Virus record (IMG/VR): IMGVR_UViG_3300023170_000014
Span: 1-64,000 of that record
Strand: one strand, 5' to 3'
Length of the DNA stretch: 64,000 bases
Origin: a virus
Taxonomy: Duplodnaviria > Caudoviricetes
Part shown: piece by piece, positions 26,910 to 36,086 of the stretch
Position numbering within the stretch: position 1 is the stretch's first letter
How the letters are laid out: each line of letters opens with the position of its first letter
Position numbers and translations under genes: made by a program
Notes under the pieces: generated by a model
Seen by the model: only the letters and a program-made list of their open reading frames with translations
Told to the model about the DNA's origin: nothing
Database searches by the model: none

Positions 26910-27359
26910 ATGCCTAAAGTACATTATGTAAGAAATCTCACCCCAAATTCCGTTAGAATTTCAGATATTAATCTTGGCCCAAGAGGGCAAAGAGATGTTG
27001 CAGAGGTTTCTGATGAGCAATTTCAAAATGCTAAATTTGCTCCTTCAGTCGGGTTATTGGTTGAAGAAATAACGAAAGCACAGTATCAAGAAAGAATTAG
27101 CGCTAAATGGCATGAGCCTGTTAAGAGTTCTAAGCAACAGGAGATTTTCCATGTTGACAGTAAGGGCGAAGAAAAGCAATTACCTGTTGAAATGGAAATA
27201 GAACAAGATGCTGTTCGTGTCCCCGTTGACACTGCTGGCTTTGCTGGTGCTGAAAGAGTTATGGGTAGCCGTCCCGATGAAGGAGATGGTAAGACTCTAT
27301 CAGAGATGCGTGCAGAAAATATGGACAACCCAGACGTAAGTGCTGAACTAGGAATTTAA
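26910..27359 (+). CDS. hypothetical head-region protein
   Basis: AAGGAG RBS; 149 aa. Confidence 0.7.
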   Translation: MPKVHYVRNLTPNSVRISDINLGPRGQRDVAEVSDEQFQNAKFAPSVGLLVEEITKAQYQERISAKWHEPVKSSKQQEIFHVDSKGEEKQLPVEMEIEQDAVRVPVDTAGFAGAERVMGSRPDEGDGKTLSEMRAENMDNPDVSAELGI

Positions 27360-27360
27360 T

Positions 27361-27648
27361 ATGAGTTCAAAGATAAATAGAACAAGATCTGGTACAATTA
27401 CACTAGGAACTGCTGGAACTGTCACAACACAAGCAGTAGATGCTGAAAAGGATAGACAACATTTGTATATTCAAACAGGTACTGCTGGATTATACTATGG
27501 TTTTTCATCTGCTGAAGTCGCAGGTGGAAGCGCATTATATATTGATGGTGGAACTGCTCTAGTAGAAGTGTGGGGCTACACAGGACCATTATATGTTAAG
27601 ACAAGCACAGGTGCTGCCCCTTACACTATCGGTGAATTGATTATCTAA
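27361..27648 (+). CDS. small Gly/Thr-rich virion protein
   Basis: beta-rich 95 aa with repeated GTA/GTV/GSA. Confidence 0.6.
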   Translation: MSSKINRTRSGTITLGTAGTVTTQAVDAEKDRQHLYIQTGTAGLYYGFSSAEVAGGSALYIDGGTALVEVWGYTGPLYVKTSTGAAPYTIGELII

Positions 27649-27671
27649 TTTTAATTTAAGTCAGGAGAAAA

Positions 27672-28928
27672 ATGAGAATTAATTGGTTTAGCAATGCCCC
27701 TTGGGGTCCGTCAGGCTATTCAAATCAAACCGCCCTATTTGTTCCTAGAATTAAGGAATTAGGGCACGAAATGTCTATAACTGCTTTTTGGGGACTCCAA
27801 GGTGGTCGTCTTGACTGGCATGGAGTCCCCGTCTTTTCTGGTGCATTTGATCCTCATGGTCAAGATATTATGGGATTTTATGCAAAAGCGTGGAAAGCAG
27901 ATATCCTTCTTACTCTCTATGATACTTGGGTAATGAACTTAGATGGGCCACATATGGAGGGAATTCCATTCGTTCCTTGGTTCCCTGTAGATCATGAGCC
28001 TATGCCACAGGGAGTTTATGATCGCCTTAAAAGAGCGATGGTGGCTATTGCTTACTCAAAATCTGGCGTAAGAGAAGCAAAAGAGCGAGGTTTAGATGTT
28101 GAGTATGTACCTCATGGCGTAGATACAAATCTATTTAAGCCTAAAATGCGTGAAATATCTCGTAAACAGATTGGTCTTCCTCAAGATTGTTTTATTGCTT
28201 CTATTGTTGCGATGAATAAGGGAATTCCTCCACGCAAGGCATGGCCTCAACAGTTACAAGCCTTTGCTGAGTTTCATAAGAAACATCCAGATTCAAAGTT
28301 GTATCTTCATACTTTGATGACACCTGAAGTTGGTGGATATAACATTTGGGATTTGGTAAAGATGCTTGGTTTAGAAGACGCTGTAGTGGTTCCAGAGCAG
28401 TTTCAATATATTGCTGGATATCCACCAGAGTTTATAGCAGAAGTTTATAATGCAAGCGATGTTCTTATGTCTGCAACTATGGGAGAGGGATTTGGTATCC
28501 CAATTATTGAAGCGCAAGCATGTGGTACTCCCGTAATTGCTGGTGGGTGGACTGCTATGGAAGAACTGGTATTTGCTGGATGGAAGTTAGATCGCTATTC
28601 GGAGGCAATTCCGTATATCACACAGTTGGCAGCAACTCAATATGTTCCTTCTGTTGATGCAATTCTTGATAAGTTAGAGCAAGCATATGATATGCCTAAT
28701 GAAGACAGAATGAAACTACGCGAAACTGCAAGAGAAGGTGCTTTACAGTATGATGCAGATCTGATTACTGAAAAGTATTGGGTTCCTACTCTTAAGGTCA
28801 TTGAAGATAGATTAGTAGAATTTAAGGCTAGTCAAAACAAGGCTAGCGTTCCTGTAACAAAAGGAACTGGAGCGGGCAATCGCGCACAACGTAGAAGGCA
28901 AGCGAGAAAGGCAAATAAGAATGGCTAA
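27672..28928 (+). CDS. glycosyltransferase family 4 (GT-B)
   Basis: SNAPWGPSGY..YVPHGVDT..RKAW..YNASDV..GEGFGIPIIEAQACGTPVI. Confidence 0.92.
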   Translation: MRINWFSNAPWGPSGYSNQTALFVPRIKELGHEMSITAFWGLQGGRLDWHGVPVFSGAFDPHGQDIMGFYAKAWKADILLTLYDTWVMNLDGPHMEGIPFVPWFPVDHEPMPQGVYDRLKRAMVAIAYSKSGVREAKERGLDVEYVPHGVDTNLFKPKMREISRKQIGLPQDCFIASIVAMNKGIPPRKAWPQQLQAFAEFHKKHPDSKLYLHTLMTPEVGGYNIWDLVKMLGLEDAVVVPEQFQYIAGYPPEFIAEVYNASDVLMSATMGEGFGIPIIEAQACGTPVIAGGWTAMEELVFAGWKLDRYSEAIPYITQLAATQYVPSVDAILDKLEQAYDMPNEDRMKLRETAREGALQYDADLITEKYWVPTLKVIEDRLVEFKASQNKASVPVTKGTGAGNRAQRRRQARKANKNG

Positions 28929-29616
28929 TAACGCTTTAATCCTTCAGTCGTGTATTAATTGGAAAGCAGAAATGGTGAAGGCTCTAGATTGGCTAGAGCC
29001 TATTCACCAAGCCTACGCTGATAATTGGGATATGGATTATCTGGCTAACAGAGAACAAGTAATTGAAACAGATGATCCTGAATATAATCCAGCGTGGGAT
29101 AGAATTAAATTAATGATGGATATTTTAGATGAAGAAAGATATGAATATATCTTTTGGATTGATCATGATTGTGTAATAGTAGATTTTTCTACAGATCTTA
29201 GAACTGGTCTTGATGAAGGAAAAGATCTTGGTTTAGTTCTTCATCCCGGAGTTCCGGGGCATCCTCAACTGGGCGCACACTTTAATATGGGTGTTATTCT
29301 ATTAAGATGTACGGATAGAACTAAAGAATTCATTCATGAAGTATGGAACAATAGATTTTCTGGACCTCCGTGGTATGAACAAGATGTTGTTAATAGATTG
29401 TTAAGAGAATTTAAATGGATGAATATGTTTCAAATTGCTGATGATAAATGGAATTCTACATTAAATGTAAATGATTCTCCCAATCCTGTAATTATGGCTT
29501 TTCATGGGCATGGTCAGCATCATGATGTAGATTATCGTCTTAACTTAATGAAACAATCCTATGATCATTTTAATGTAGAAAAACAAATAGAAACTGTAAA
29601 AAACCACTCTGCTTGA
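28921..29616 (+). CDS. glycosyltransferase, GT34/MNN10-like (GT-A)
   Basis: HQAYADNW..PAWDRI..YIFWIDHDCVI (DxD)..FNMGVILL..WYEQDVV..WNS. Confidence 0.8.
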   Translation: MANNALILQSCINWKAEMVKALDWLEPIHQAYADNWDMDYLANREQVIETDDPEYNPAWDRIKLMMDILDEERYEYIFWIDHDCVIVDFSTDLRTGLDEGKDLGLVLHPGVPGHPQLGAHFNMGVILLRCTDRTKEFIHEVWNNRFSGPPWYEQDVVNRLLREFKWMNMFQIADDKWNSTLNVNDSPNPVIMAFHGHGQHHDVDYRLNLMKQSYDHFNVEKQIETVKNHSA

Positions 29617-29717
29617 CCTTAAAAGGTAGACGATTTACCTTCCCCCATAAGAAAGGATAGTTTGGGGCCTATAAGGTCTGCGTCCCCTTTGTACATTCTA
29701 AAAAGGAGTGACCCAGA

Positions 29718-30266
29718 ATGGCACAAGAAGTAAATGTAAGAGGTATTGCGCGTGTACCCTTTGGTGCAGGTTCAGCCTCAACCACAACCGTATCAGGTAG
29801 CGCTGTTGCTACTCTTGACCTAGATAACGGTCAAACTCGTAGAGTGCTACAAAATGAAAGAGCAAGATTTGTTGTTCTTCCAGATCTTTACCCAGTAATG
29901 CAAGTTTCTGGTGCAGTTGCAACTTCAGGTACTGCTTCAGGACTAGTATGGCGTGCCCCTCGCGCCGGTAAACTAACTGGTGTTGTTGCTCAAGTAGGTA
30001 CTGCTCCTACTGGTGCGACTTTAATCCTTGATGTTAAGCGTGTTGGTGCTGGTTCAGCCCCTACCGCTGCTGGAACTTCCGTATTTACCGAAGCAGGACA
30101 CAAACCAACCATTGCAACTAGTGCTTTTGCTTCTACTCTTAATGGAACCGCTGGTGTACCAGACAATCAGAGTTTTGCTGCTGGTGACTATTTAAGAGTT
30201 GAAGTAGAACAAGTAGGCTCATCTGTAGCCGGTGGAAATCTAACCGTCCAATTCTTTGGATACTAG
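29718..30266 (+). CDS. virion structural protein (paralog 1)
   Basis: AAGGAG RBS; SGTASGLVWRAPR..GDYLRVEV shared with next gene. Confidence 0.7.
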   Translation: MAQEVNVRGIARVPFGAGSASTTTVSGSAVATLDLDNGQTRRVLQNERARFVVLPDLYPVMQVSGAVATSGTASGLVWRAPRAGKLTGVVAQVGTAPTGATLILDVKRVGAGSAPTAAGTSVFTEAGHKPTIATSAFASTLNGTAGVPDNQSFAAGDYLRVEVEQVGSSVAGGNLTVQFFGY

Positions 30267-30275
30267 GAGGCTATC

Positions 30276-30824
30276 ATGGCTACCTATGTAAGACTAAGAG
30301 GACTATCAAGAAGACCATTTCGTGTAAGCGATACTAATTCTGTAAATGATGTTAAAGTAAGATATAGTGATATTGTAACTGTTGATATTGACGATCAACA
30401 AACTCTTCGTCATTTAAGAAATTCAGGCGAAGGTCGCTTTATCACAGCATCTGATAATTATTTTAATCTATCACAGCCGGGTGACTTTAGTGCAACTTCA
30501 GGAACTGCTTCAGGGCTTGTTGTTCGCGCTCCAAGAGACTTGGTTATTAAAGGTGTAGATGTAGCAGTTGGAGCAAATGGTGGGACTGTACAATATGACG
30601 TTAAATACATGACTGCCGCAGAGGGACCAAATGCAGCAGGTATTTCTATTTTTGGAACAGTAACCGCTGACCGTCCTACAATTGGGGCTGGTGAGTTTGC
30701 TGCTTCAAGTGGTTCAGTAACAAATACCACTTGGGGTAAAGGAGACTATCTAAGAGTAGAAGTTGCAGCGATTTCTGGTACTGCTTCTAATGCTTCTATT
30801 TCAATTAGATCAGACCAGATTTAA
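30276..30824 (+). CDS. virion structural protein (paralog 2)
   Basis: AGGAGG RBS; SGTASGLVVRAPR..GDYLRVEV; same length as paralog 1. Confidence 0.7.
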   Translation: MATYVRLRGLSRRPFRVSDTNSVNDVKVRYSDIVTVDIDDQQTLRHLRNSGEGRFITASDNYFNLSQPGDFSATSGTASGLVVRAPRDLVIKGVDVAVGANGGTVQYDVKYMTAAEGPNAAGISIFGTVTADRPTIGAGEFAASSGSVTNTTWGKGDYLRVEVAAISGTASNASISIRSDQI

Positions 30825-30844
30825 AAACTGAATATGTATTAAAT

Positions 30845-30878
30845 AAAAAGGTCCAGTCTTACCGGCTGGGCCTTTTTT
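30845..30878 (+). terminator. intrinsic terminator
   Basis: AAAAAGGTCCAGTC-TTAC-CGGCTGGGCCTTTTTT. Confidence 0.8.
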
Positions 30879-30918
30879 ATGCCCTTTTTCTTTAACTTAA
30901 ACTATGAAGGAGAAAAAC

Positions 30919-31515
30919 ATGGCCTTAACAATACCCGGTACTGCAAGTAGTACAATGCAAGGAATTTATCCTACCATTCCTAGTGGAAATTTAACTCCAG
31001 AACAACAGACTGCTGTTGATCTTGCGTGGTTAAAAGTAGAAGATGGGTTTGACTCTTTACCCGGTGGACCTTATCTACTAGATATTACAAGAAAAAACTT
31101 TAGTGAGCAAAAATCCGCACTTCTTTTTCCTTTTGCTCTTCAAAGAATTAATTATACTTTCCCAAATCCCTCAACTCCAACTTTTGATTTAACAAGTTTT
31201 CCGTGGAGGGATCATCACACTTTAATGGCTCAAGGATTAACTCTTGAAATTATTCAGCACTTAATTAGATCGTATTCAGAAATTCCATTGCCTACAGGAT
31301 CGGGTAATATTACTTTGCTTGATAGAACTACTTATCAACAAAGATGGACTGAAATTTATAAAACAGAAGAAGAACTTTTTAAAAACGAATGTAGAGTATT
31401 TAAGCGTTCTTACATGCAACTTGGGAAGGCTCGCGGTCTTGTGGACAGCAAGCAGGGTCGTCTTGTTCCAATTCCAATGCGTGTACGTTACCCACGCTTT
31501 ATGGGTTACAGATAG
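30919..31515 (+). CDS. head-tail adaptor (neck) protein
   Basis: position before head closure/tail terminator; AAGGAG RBS before ATG 30919. Confidence 0.6.
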   Translation: MALTIPGTASSTMQGIYPTIPSGNLTPEQQTAVDLAWLKVEDGFDSLPGGPYLLDITRKNFSEQKSALLFPFALQRINYTFPNPSTPTFDLTSFPWRDHHTLMAQGLTLEIIQHLIRSYSEIPLPTGSGNITLLDRTTYQQRWTEIYKTEEELFKNECRVFKRSYMQLGKARGLVDSKQGRLVPIPMRVRYPRFMGYR

Positions 31516-31522
31516 GATTATT

Positions 31523-32161
31523 ATGGCAATTGAAAACATGATGTTTAAGTATGGTTATGATGATGGAACTACTCCTGCTGAAGTTAAGAATGTAAGACAA
31601 TCTGTTTTTGATTATACATTTAGATACGGCAATCCTGTTGTAATAAAACGTATTTATAATACAGATGACGTTGCAGCAGGAACGACAGAATGGGATAACA
31701 CTTTTGATGACGTTTATGAGCAAAGTTCTACAATTGGAGATAATTTAGGATTTAGTGCCGGGTGGAATGACGGATATTTTACTTACATCACTTTAGGTGA
31801 TGGAAATATAATGATTGACGATGACACTCCAAATAGAACAGGTGCTTTTAAGTTATTTGTAACTTCGGGAGTCGCACCGTGGACTCCTGCTATTCAAGAC
31901 GGAGATATGATTATATCAACAAGAATAGAATTAGATTCTAATAATAAAGTTGTTATTACAGGAACTGGAGATAGATATAGGGTACAAAGAGTATATCTAG
32001 TTCCTCTTAGAGCAGAATTAAATCGTGGATATATGAATTCAGAAACAAATTATGTAGAGAACCCGGATATTATGGTTTCTCAGAATTTTGAAGCGGTTAG
32101 AATACCACGTTCTGATCCTTTATATGATATTGAAATTAATAGTGGTACTACGATAGGATAG
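31523..32161 (+). CDS. head closure / neck protein
   Basis: synteny; start at ATG 31523 after AGGA rather than 31319. Confidence 0.55.
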   Translation: MAIENMMFKYGYDDGTTPAEVKNVRQSVFDYTFRYGNPVVIKRIYNTDDVAAGTTEWDNTFDDVYEQSSTIGDNLGFSAGWNDGYFTYITLGDGNIMIDDDTPNRTGAFKLFVTSGVAPWTPAIQDGDMIISTRIELDSNNKVVITGTGDRYRVQRVYLVPLRAELNRGYMNSETNYVENPDIMVSQNFEAVRIPRSDPLYDIEINSGTTIG

Positions 32162-32163
32162 TA

Positions 32164-32802
32164 ATGGCAGAAAGTACGCTTAAAGCCCCAATTAATTATA
32201 AAATGGAAATCAAAAGGGCTGTTGTTAAAAGTCTTCAAAATGTTTTTTATAATACTGAAAATTATTTCCCGGAGTATAAATCTTCAGAATTAATGACAAA
32301 ATCTCACATTACTATTGAATATCCACAAAAACCAGAACAATATCCTTCTATGATTGTCGGTTTTAAAGAAAAAGAATTAAAATCAGCAGGAATTGCTCAT
32401 AGTGAAATCATTGACGGGACTTCTGTTGTTCAGAGATGGTTATTTCAAGGTTCTATTTCAATAGAAATCTTTGCGTTAACATCTATGGATAGAGATTTTA
32501 TATCTGATAGTCTAGTAAATATGTTGTCTTTTGGAAGAATTGAAAATTTTCCATTTCGTGATTATATAGAAGATAATGCTCAGGTTGACATACAGGTTTC
32601 AGTAGGTTCTTTATCACCTATCGGTGAGGAAACCATGAGTGGAGCAAGTTGGGGTCTTACCGACCAGAGGATTTATACTACGGGTTATGAATTTGGTTGT
32701 ATGGGTGGATTTGTTTCAACTACGAATAATTATGACTTTGTATCTGGATTTGACGCAAGAGCAGTTGGTTCTTGGGAAACAATAGAAATAGACGTCCCTT
32801 AG
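32164..32802 (+). CDS. tail terminator/completion protein
   Basis: ITIEYPQKPEQYPS..SIEIFALTSMDRDFISD pattern; immediately before sheath. Confidence 0.65.
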   Translation: MAESTLKAPINYKMEIKRAVVKSLQNVFYNTENYFPEYKSSELMTKSHITIEYPQKPEQYPSMIVGFKEKELKSAGIAHSEIIDGTSVVQRWLFQGSISIEIFALTSMDRDFISDSLVNMLSFGRIENFPFRDYIEDNAQVDIQVSVGSLSPIGEETMSGASWGLTDQRIYTTGYEFGCMGGFVSTTNNYDFVSGFDARAVGSWETIEIDVP

Positions 32803-32878
32803 CCGCTATAAAGTATTTAATTTCTATCACATTAATAAGTAGAATATTTAATTATTGATTCAATAAAGGATGGTTAAA

Positions 32879-34714
32879 ATGGCATTATCTTATGTGCCGC
32901 CCGGAGTTTTGCCAGCGATTGAGGTAATATCAACTCCACAGGCTCCTAATGTAACATCACAAGTTGTACCTATTATCATAGGAGAAGCAAGCGGCTATCA
33001 AACTTTTAGTGAAAATATTCAATTGAGTGGGACTACCGCTGTAAACTTTTCTAAAAAGGGCATAGACGTATCAACAAACGGAACGGCTCTTTATAACTTG
33101 GCTGTTACTGGAACCAATCCTGTAACTTTTGAATCAGTAAGTCCTGCTAATTATATTGTAGAACTGGTTTCTTCTGGGACAGCAACTGGAGATGAACAAT
33201 ATTCAGTTAAAAGAGCCTCTATTCCCGGTACTCCTACTCTTACTCCGGGAACCGCAGGGAGTGCAGCCGTTCCAGCAGGAACCTATCGTTATGCTGTCTC
33301 ATATTTAGTTAACATTGAGACTGGTGGAGGAACTACAATCTATGAAACTGGAATCGGTTCTTATGGAACTGTAAATGTTGTCGCCGGAACTGCGGCTGAA
33401 TCAGTTGGTGGTACTGTTGTTATCTCTGGAATGGGAAATTCAAGTCCTTCGGATATTGCTGCTATAGGTAAAAACATTTATAGATCTGTTAACTTAGGAA
33501 CGGATTCAAACCCAAATTGGGGTCCATATTATAAAGTAACTTCAGGTACTGCTGCAAGTGCTGCAATTGGCGACGATGAATATACAGATTCTGAAATTGA
33601 TGTAACTGCAAATTCAAATGCTTTAGATCCAATTGAATCTGGCAACACAATTACTTTCCAATATAATTATACTGATGTAAATTATTGGGAGCCAACATTA
33701 TTTTCAGATTTTAATGATGTTGTAGAAAAGTATGGTGATGCATTCACTGCAACAGGAGAAATTAATTCTGAAGCATCTTTTGCTGCAAAACTAGCGATTC
33801 TAAATGGCGCAGGCACTGTAGTTGTTGCGCCAATCCCAGCGAATGGTGAATCTAATAATACAAATTGGGAAAATGCATTGCTTCGTCTAGAAGAAGATCA
33901 AGATGGTAATGTTATTGTACCATTAACAGGAAGAACCGCAGTACATTCGCTAGTTTCTGCTCACATTACTAAATTAAAACAAAGAAATGTATGGAAAACA
34001 GCAGTCTTGGGAATGGATGGTTCTTCAAATTCCGTATCAGCAGATACTTTAAGAGCAACTGCCGAATCATATGCAAACTCTGATTTGGCTTTAATATCAC
34101 CAACAATCTTTAACTATTACAATAGTTATTTAGGCACAGAAGTACCAATTGGTGGTCAATATGTAGCGGCCTGTCTTGCAGGTATGCACGCAAGTAGACC
34201 TCTTTCAGAGTCTTTGACTAGAAAACAAATTGCAGGAATTTCCTCTGTTGGAGAAAAAAGAACTACTGTTGGTAAAAATCAAGATGGACAAGCAGGATTA
34301 ACTGTTGTTGAACAAATTCCAAGTACCGGAAGTATTAGAATTCGTCATGAAATCACAACAGATCCTAGCGATATCAACACTAGAGAATACCCAGTTATTT
34401 TACAAAGAAACAATATGGTTAATATTGTTGCTCAAGAATTAGATAATCAAGTCGTTGGAAAAATCTTAGCAGACACTTCTGCACCTTCAAAGGTTTCTCT
34501 AGTTGTTTCTCAGATTTTAGATAATCTAGTAAATACTAGAAATCTTGGAGACTATCAAGCAGTTACTGCAAGATTTTCAACAAACGACCCTACAGTAATT
34601 AGTGTTCGTTGGGAATATCGTCCATTCTATACAATTAATTACGTTCAAATTTCGTTTGGTATTAATCTTACAACTGGCGGAATTACTACTGGCAATATTA
34701 ATTTGATACTTTAA
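32879..34714 (+). CDS. tail sheath protein
   Basis: YVPPGV N-terminus; YVAACLAG..SLTRKQIAG..GLTVVEQ..IRHEITT..WEYRPFYTINYVQISF C-terminus. Confidence 0.9.
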   Translation: MALSYVPPGVLPAIEVISTPQAPNVTSQVVPIIIGEASGYQTFSENIQLSGTTAVNFSKKGIDVSTNGTALYNLAVTGTNPVTFESVSPANYIVELVSSGTATGDEQYSVKRASIPGTPTLTPGTAGSAAVPAGTYRYAVSYLVNIETGGGTTIYETGIGSYGTVNVVAGTAAESVGGTVVISGMGNSSPSDIAAIGKNIYRSVNLGTDSNPNWGPYYKVTSGTAASAAIGDDEYTDSEIDVTANSNALDPIESGNTITFQYNYTDVNYWEPTLFSDFNDVVEKYGDAFTATGEINSEASFAAKLAILNGAGTVVVAPIPANGESNNTNWENALLRLEEDQDGNVIVPLTGRTAVHSLVSAHITKLKQRNVWKTAVLGMDGSSNSVSADTLRATAESYANSDLALISPTIFNYYNSYLGTEVPIGGQYVAACLAGMHASRPLSESLTRKQIAGISSVGEKRTTVGKNQDGQAGLTVVEQIPSTGSIRIRHEITTDPSDINTREYPVILQRNNMVNIVAQELDNQVVGKILADTSAPSKVSLVVSQILDNLVNTRNLGDYQAVTARFSTNDPTVISVRWEYRPFYTINYVQISFGINLTTGGITTGNINLIL

Positions 34715-34729
34715 GGAGAATAATAAATA

Positions 34730-35311
34730 ATGGCTATTAGAGCAAGACAAACGGGTTCCGCATTTACTGCGTGGACTTTAAAAGATGGAGCAGGCAATAA
34801 TAAAATTTTAGCCTTATGTCAGGAAGTTACTCATCGTTCTCCACAGCCAGTAACTGGAGCCGTTGAAGTACATCCTTTGAATTATGTAAGGCCAACTGAG
34901 ATTATTGTTCCTCGCGCAATTACTCACGGCGAGATTACAATGACCGTTCTTGAAACTTTTGATAAAAATATTTGGCAAACACTAAGAGATATGTTTAGTG
35001 GAATTCCTCAAGATATAAACGATTTAGCGGATTTCTTTACTTGGATGATGACTAGCACAGATATGAATGATGATAATGGAAGCAAGTTTGCCTTACAAAG
35101 AGTAATTAGAAATCCAAATTCAACTACTTGGAGAGTAAAAACTTTTAAAAACGCAAGAGTTGTTGATGTAAGAGATGATGAAAATGCAACTGTTGATTCT
35201 ATTGTTAATCCTTTATCAATTACAGTTTGGTACACAAATCTTGAAGAAACAACAGCAACTTATGCAAATGAAGGCATTCCAGTACAAGACCCAGTTTGGG
35301 GGGTTAATTAA
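34730..35311 (+). CDS. tail tube protein
   Basis: 193 aa immediately after sheath; AAGGAG RBS; beta-rich. Confidence 0.8.
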   Translation: MAIRARQTGSAFTAWTLKDGAGNNKILALCQEVTHRSPQPVTGAVEVHPLNYVRPTEIIVPRAITHGEITMTVLETFDKNIWQTLRDMFSGIPQDINDLADFFTWMMTSTDMNDDNGSKFALQRVIRNPNSTTWRVKTFKNARVVDVRDDENATVDSIVNPLSITVWYTNLEETTATYANEGIPVQDPVWGVN

Positions 35312-35315
35312 ATAA

Positions 35316-35804
35316 TTGGAGATTAAATTGAGTGAAGAAAATAGTCAGGATTTATTTGAAGAAATAACTAATTCAGACGAATTTAATGAATTGATTCATA
35401 TAGGTCATATTGTTCGTTCTTTTGAGTGGTATAATCATAAATTTGAAATAAGAACTTTAAAATTGGAAGAAGAACTAATAGTAGGTCAAATAGTTAAAGA
35501 ATTTACAGATACGATTGCTGAAGAGAAGGCTGCCGCTGTTGCTATAGCGGCAGCCTGTATTGTTTCTATTAATAACACTCCATTTATGCCTCGCTATGAC
35601 AAAAGCGCTTACATAAATATAAAAGAAAAGTTTAATTATATATTAAAAAATTGGAATTGGATAATTATAGAATCAATAAATGGTGAATATGTACAACTTC
35701 TAGCATCTATGTATGATGAAATAGAGAGGGTTGAAAATTTATCAAGCAAGGATCTGAAGAATTCAAGTTCTTTCTCAGATCCCTTGACAGATCAGGTGTC
35801 ATAA
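35316..35804 (+). CDS. tail assembly chaperone
   Basis: between tube and tape measure; carries slippery heptamer near the 3' end. Confidence 0.75.
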   Translation: MEIKLSEENSQDLFEEITNSDEFNELIHIGHIVRSFEWYNHKFEIRTLKLEEELIVGQIVKEFTDTIAEEKAAAVAIAAACIVSINNTPFMPRYDKSAYINIKEKFNYILKNWNWIIIESINGEYVQLLASMYDEIERVENLSSKDLKNSSSFSDPLTDQVS

Positions 35805-36085
35805 ATAAAAAACCCTTAAATCATTTAACAAATTTAATAAATCTTCATCTTTTTGTTTGGGAAAGAGAAGATCAAACAGAAGAAAAAGAAACAATGTTTA
35901 AACAATCACTAATGCAGGCTTTCCCATCAATGACTGAAAAAATCTGGGGAATTGATAATAAAGATGATGAAGCATTAGGAGATAATTACGAACAAATTAT
36001 CCCCGATACAATGGAAGATTTTGTTTCTCTTGAAAAGTTTTTAACAAATCTTGAAATGAAGGCTGAAGATTTAGAAAAGAGTTAA
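35735..36085 (+). CDS. -1 frameshift extension of tail assembly chaperone
   Basis: A AAT TTA (XXXYYYZ) at 35735-35741; -1 frame open from 35735 to TAA 36085 and closed by TGA at 35732. Confidence 0.8.
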   Translation, partial: KFIKQGSEEFKFFLRSLDRSGVINKKPLNHLTNLINLHLFVWEREDQTEEKETMFKQSLMQAFPSMTEKIWGIDNKDDEALGDNYEQIIPDTMEDFVSLEKFLTNLEMKAEDLEKS

Positions 36086-36086
36086 A

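Noticed and set aside
31319-31522. N-terminal extension of the neck gene given by the ORF track
   Set aside because: Overlaps the upstream gene by ~200 nt; ATG 31523 has an RBS and follows the upstream stop
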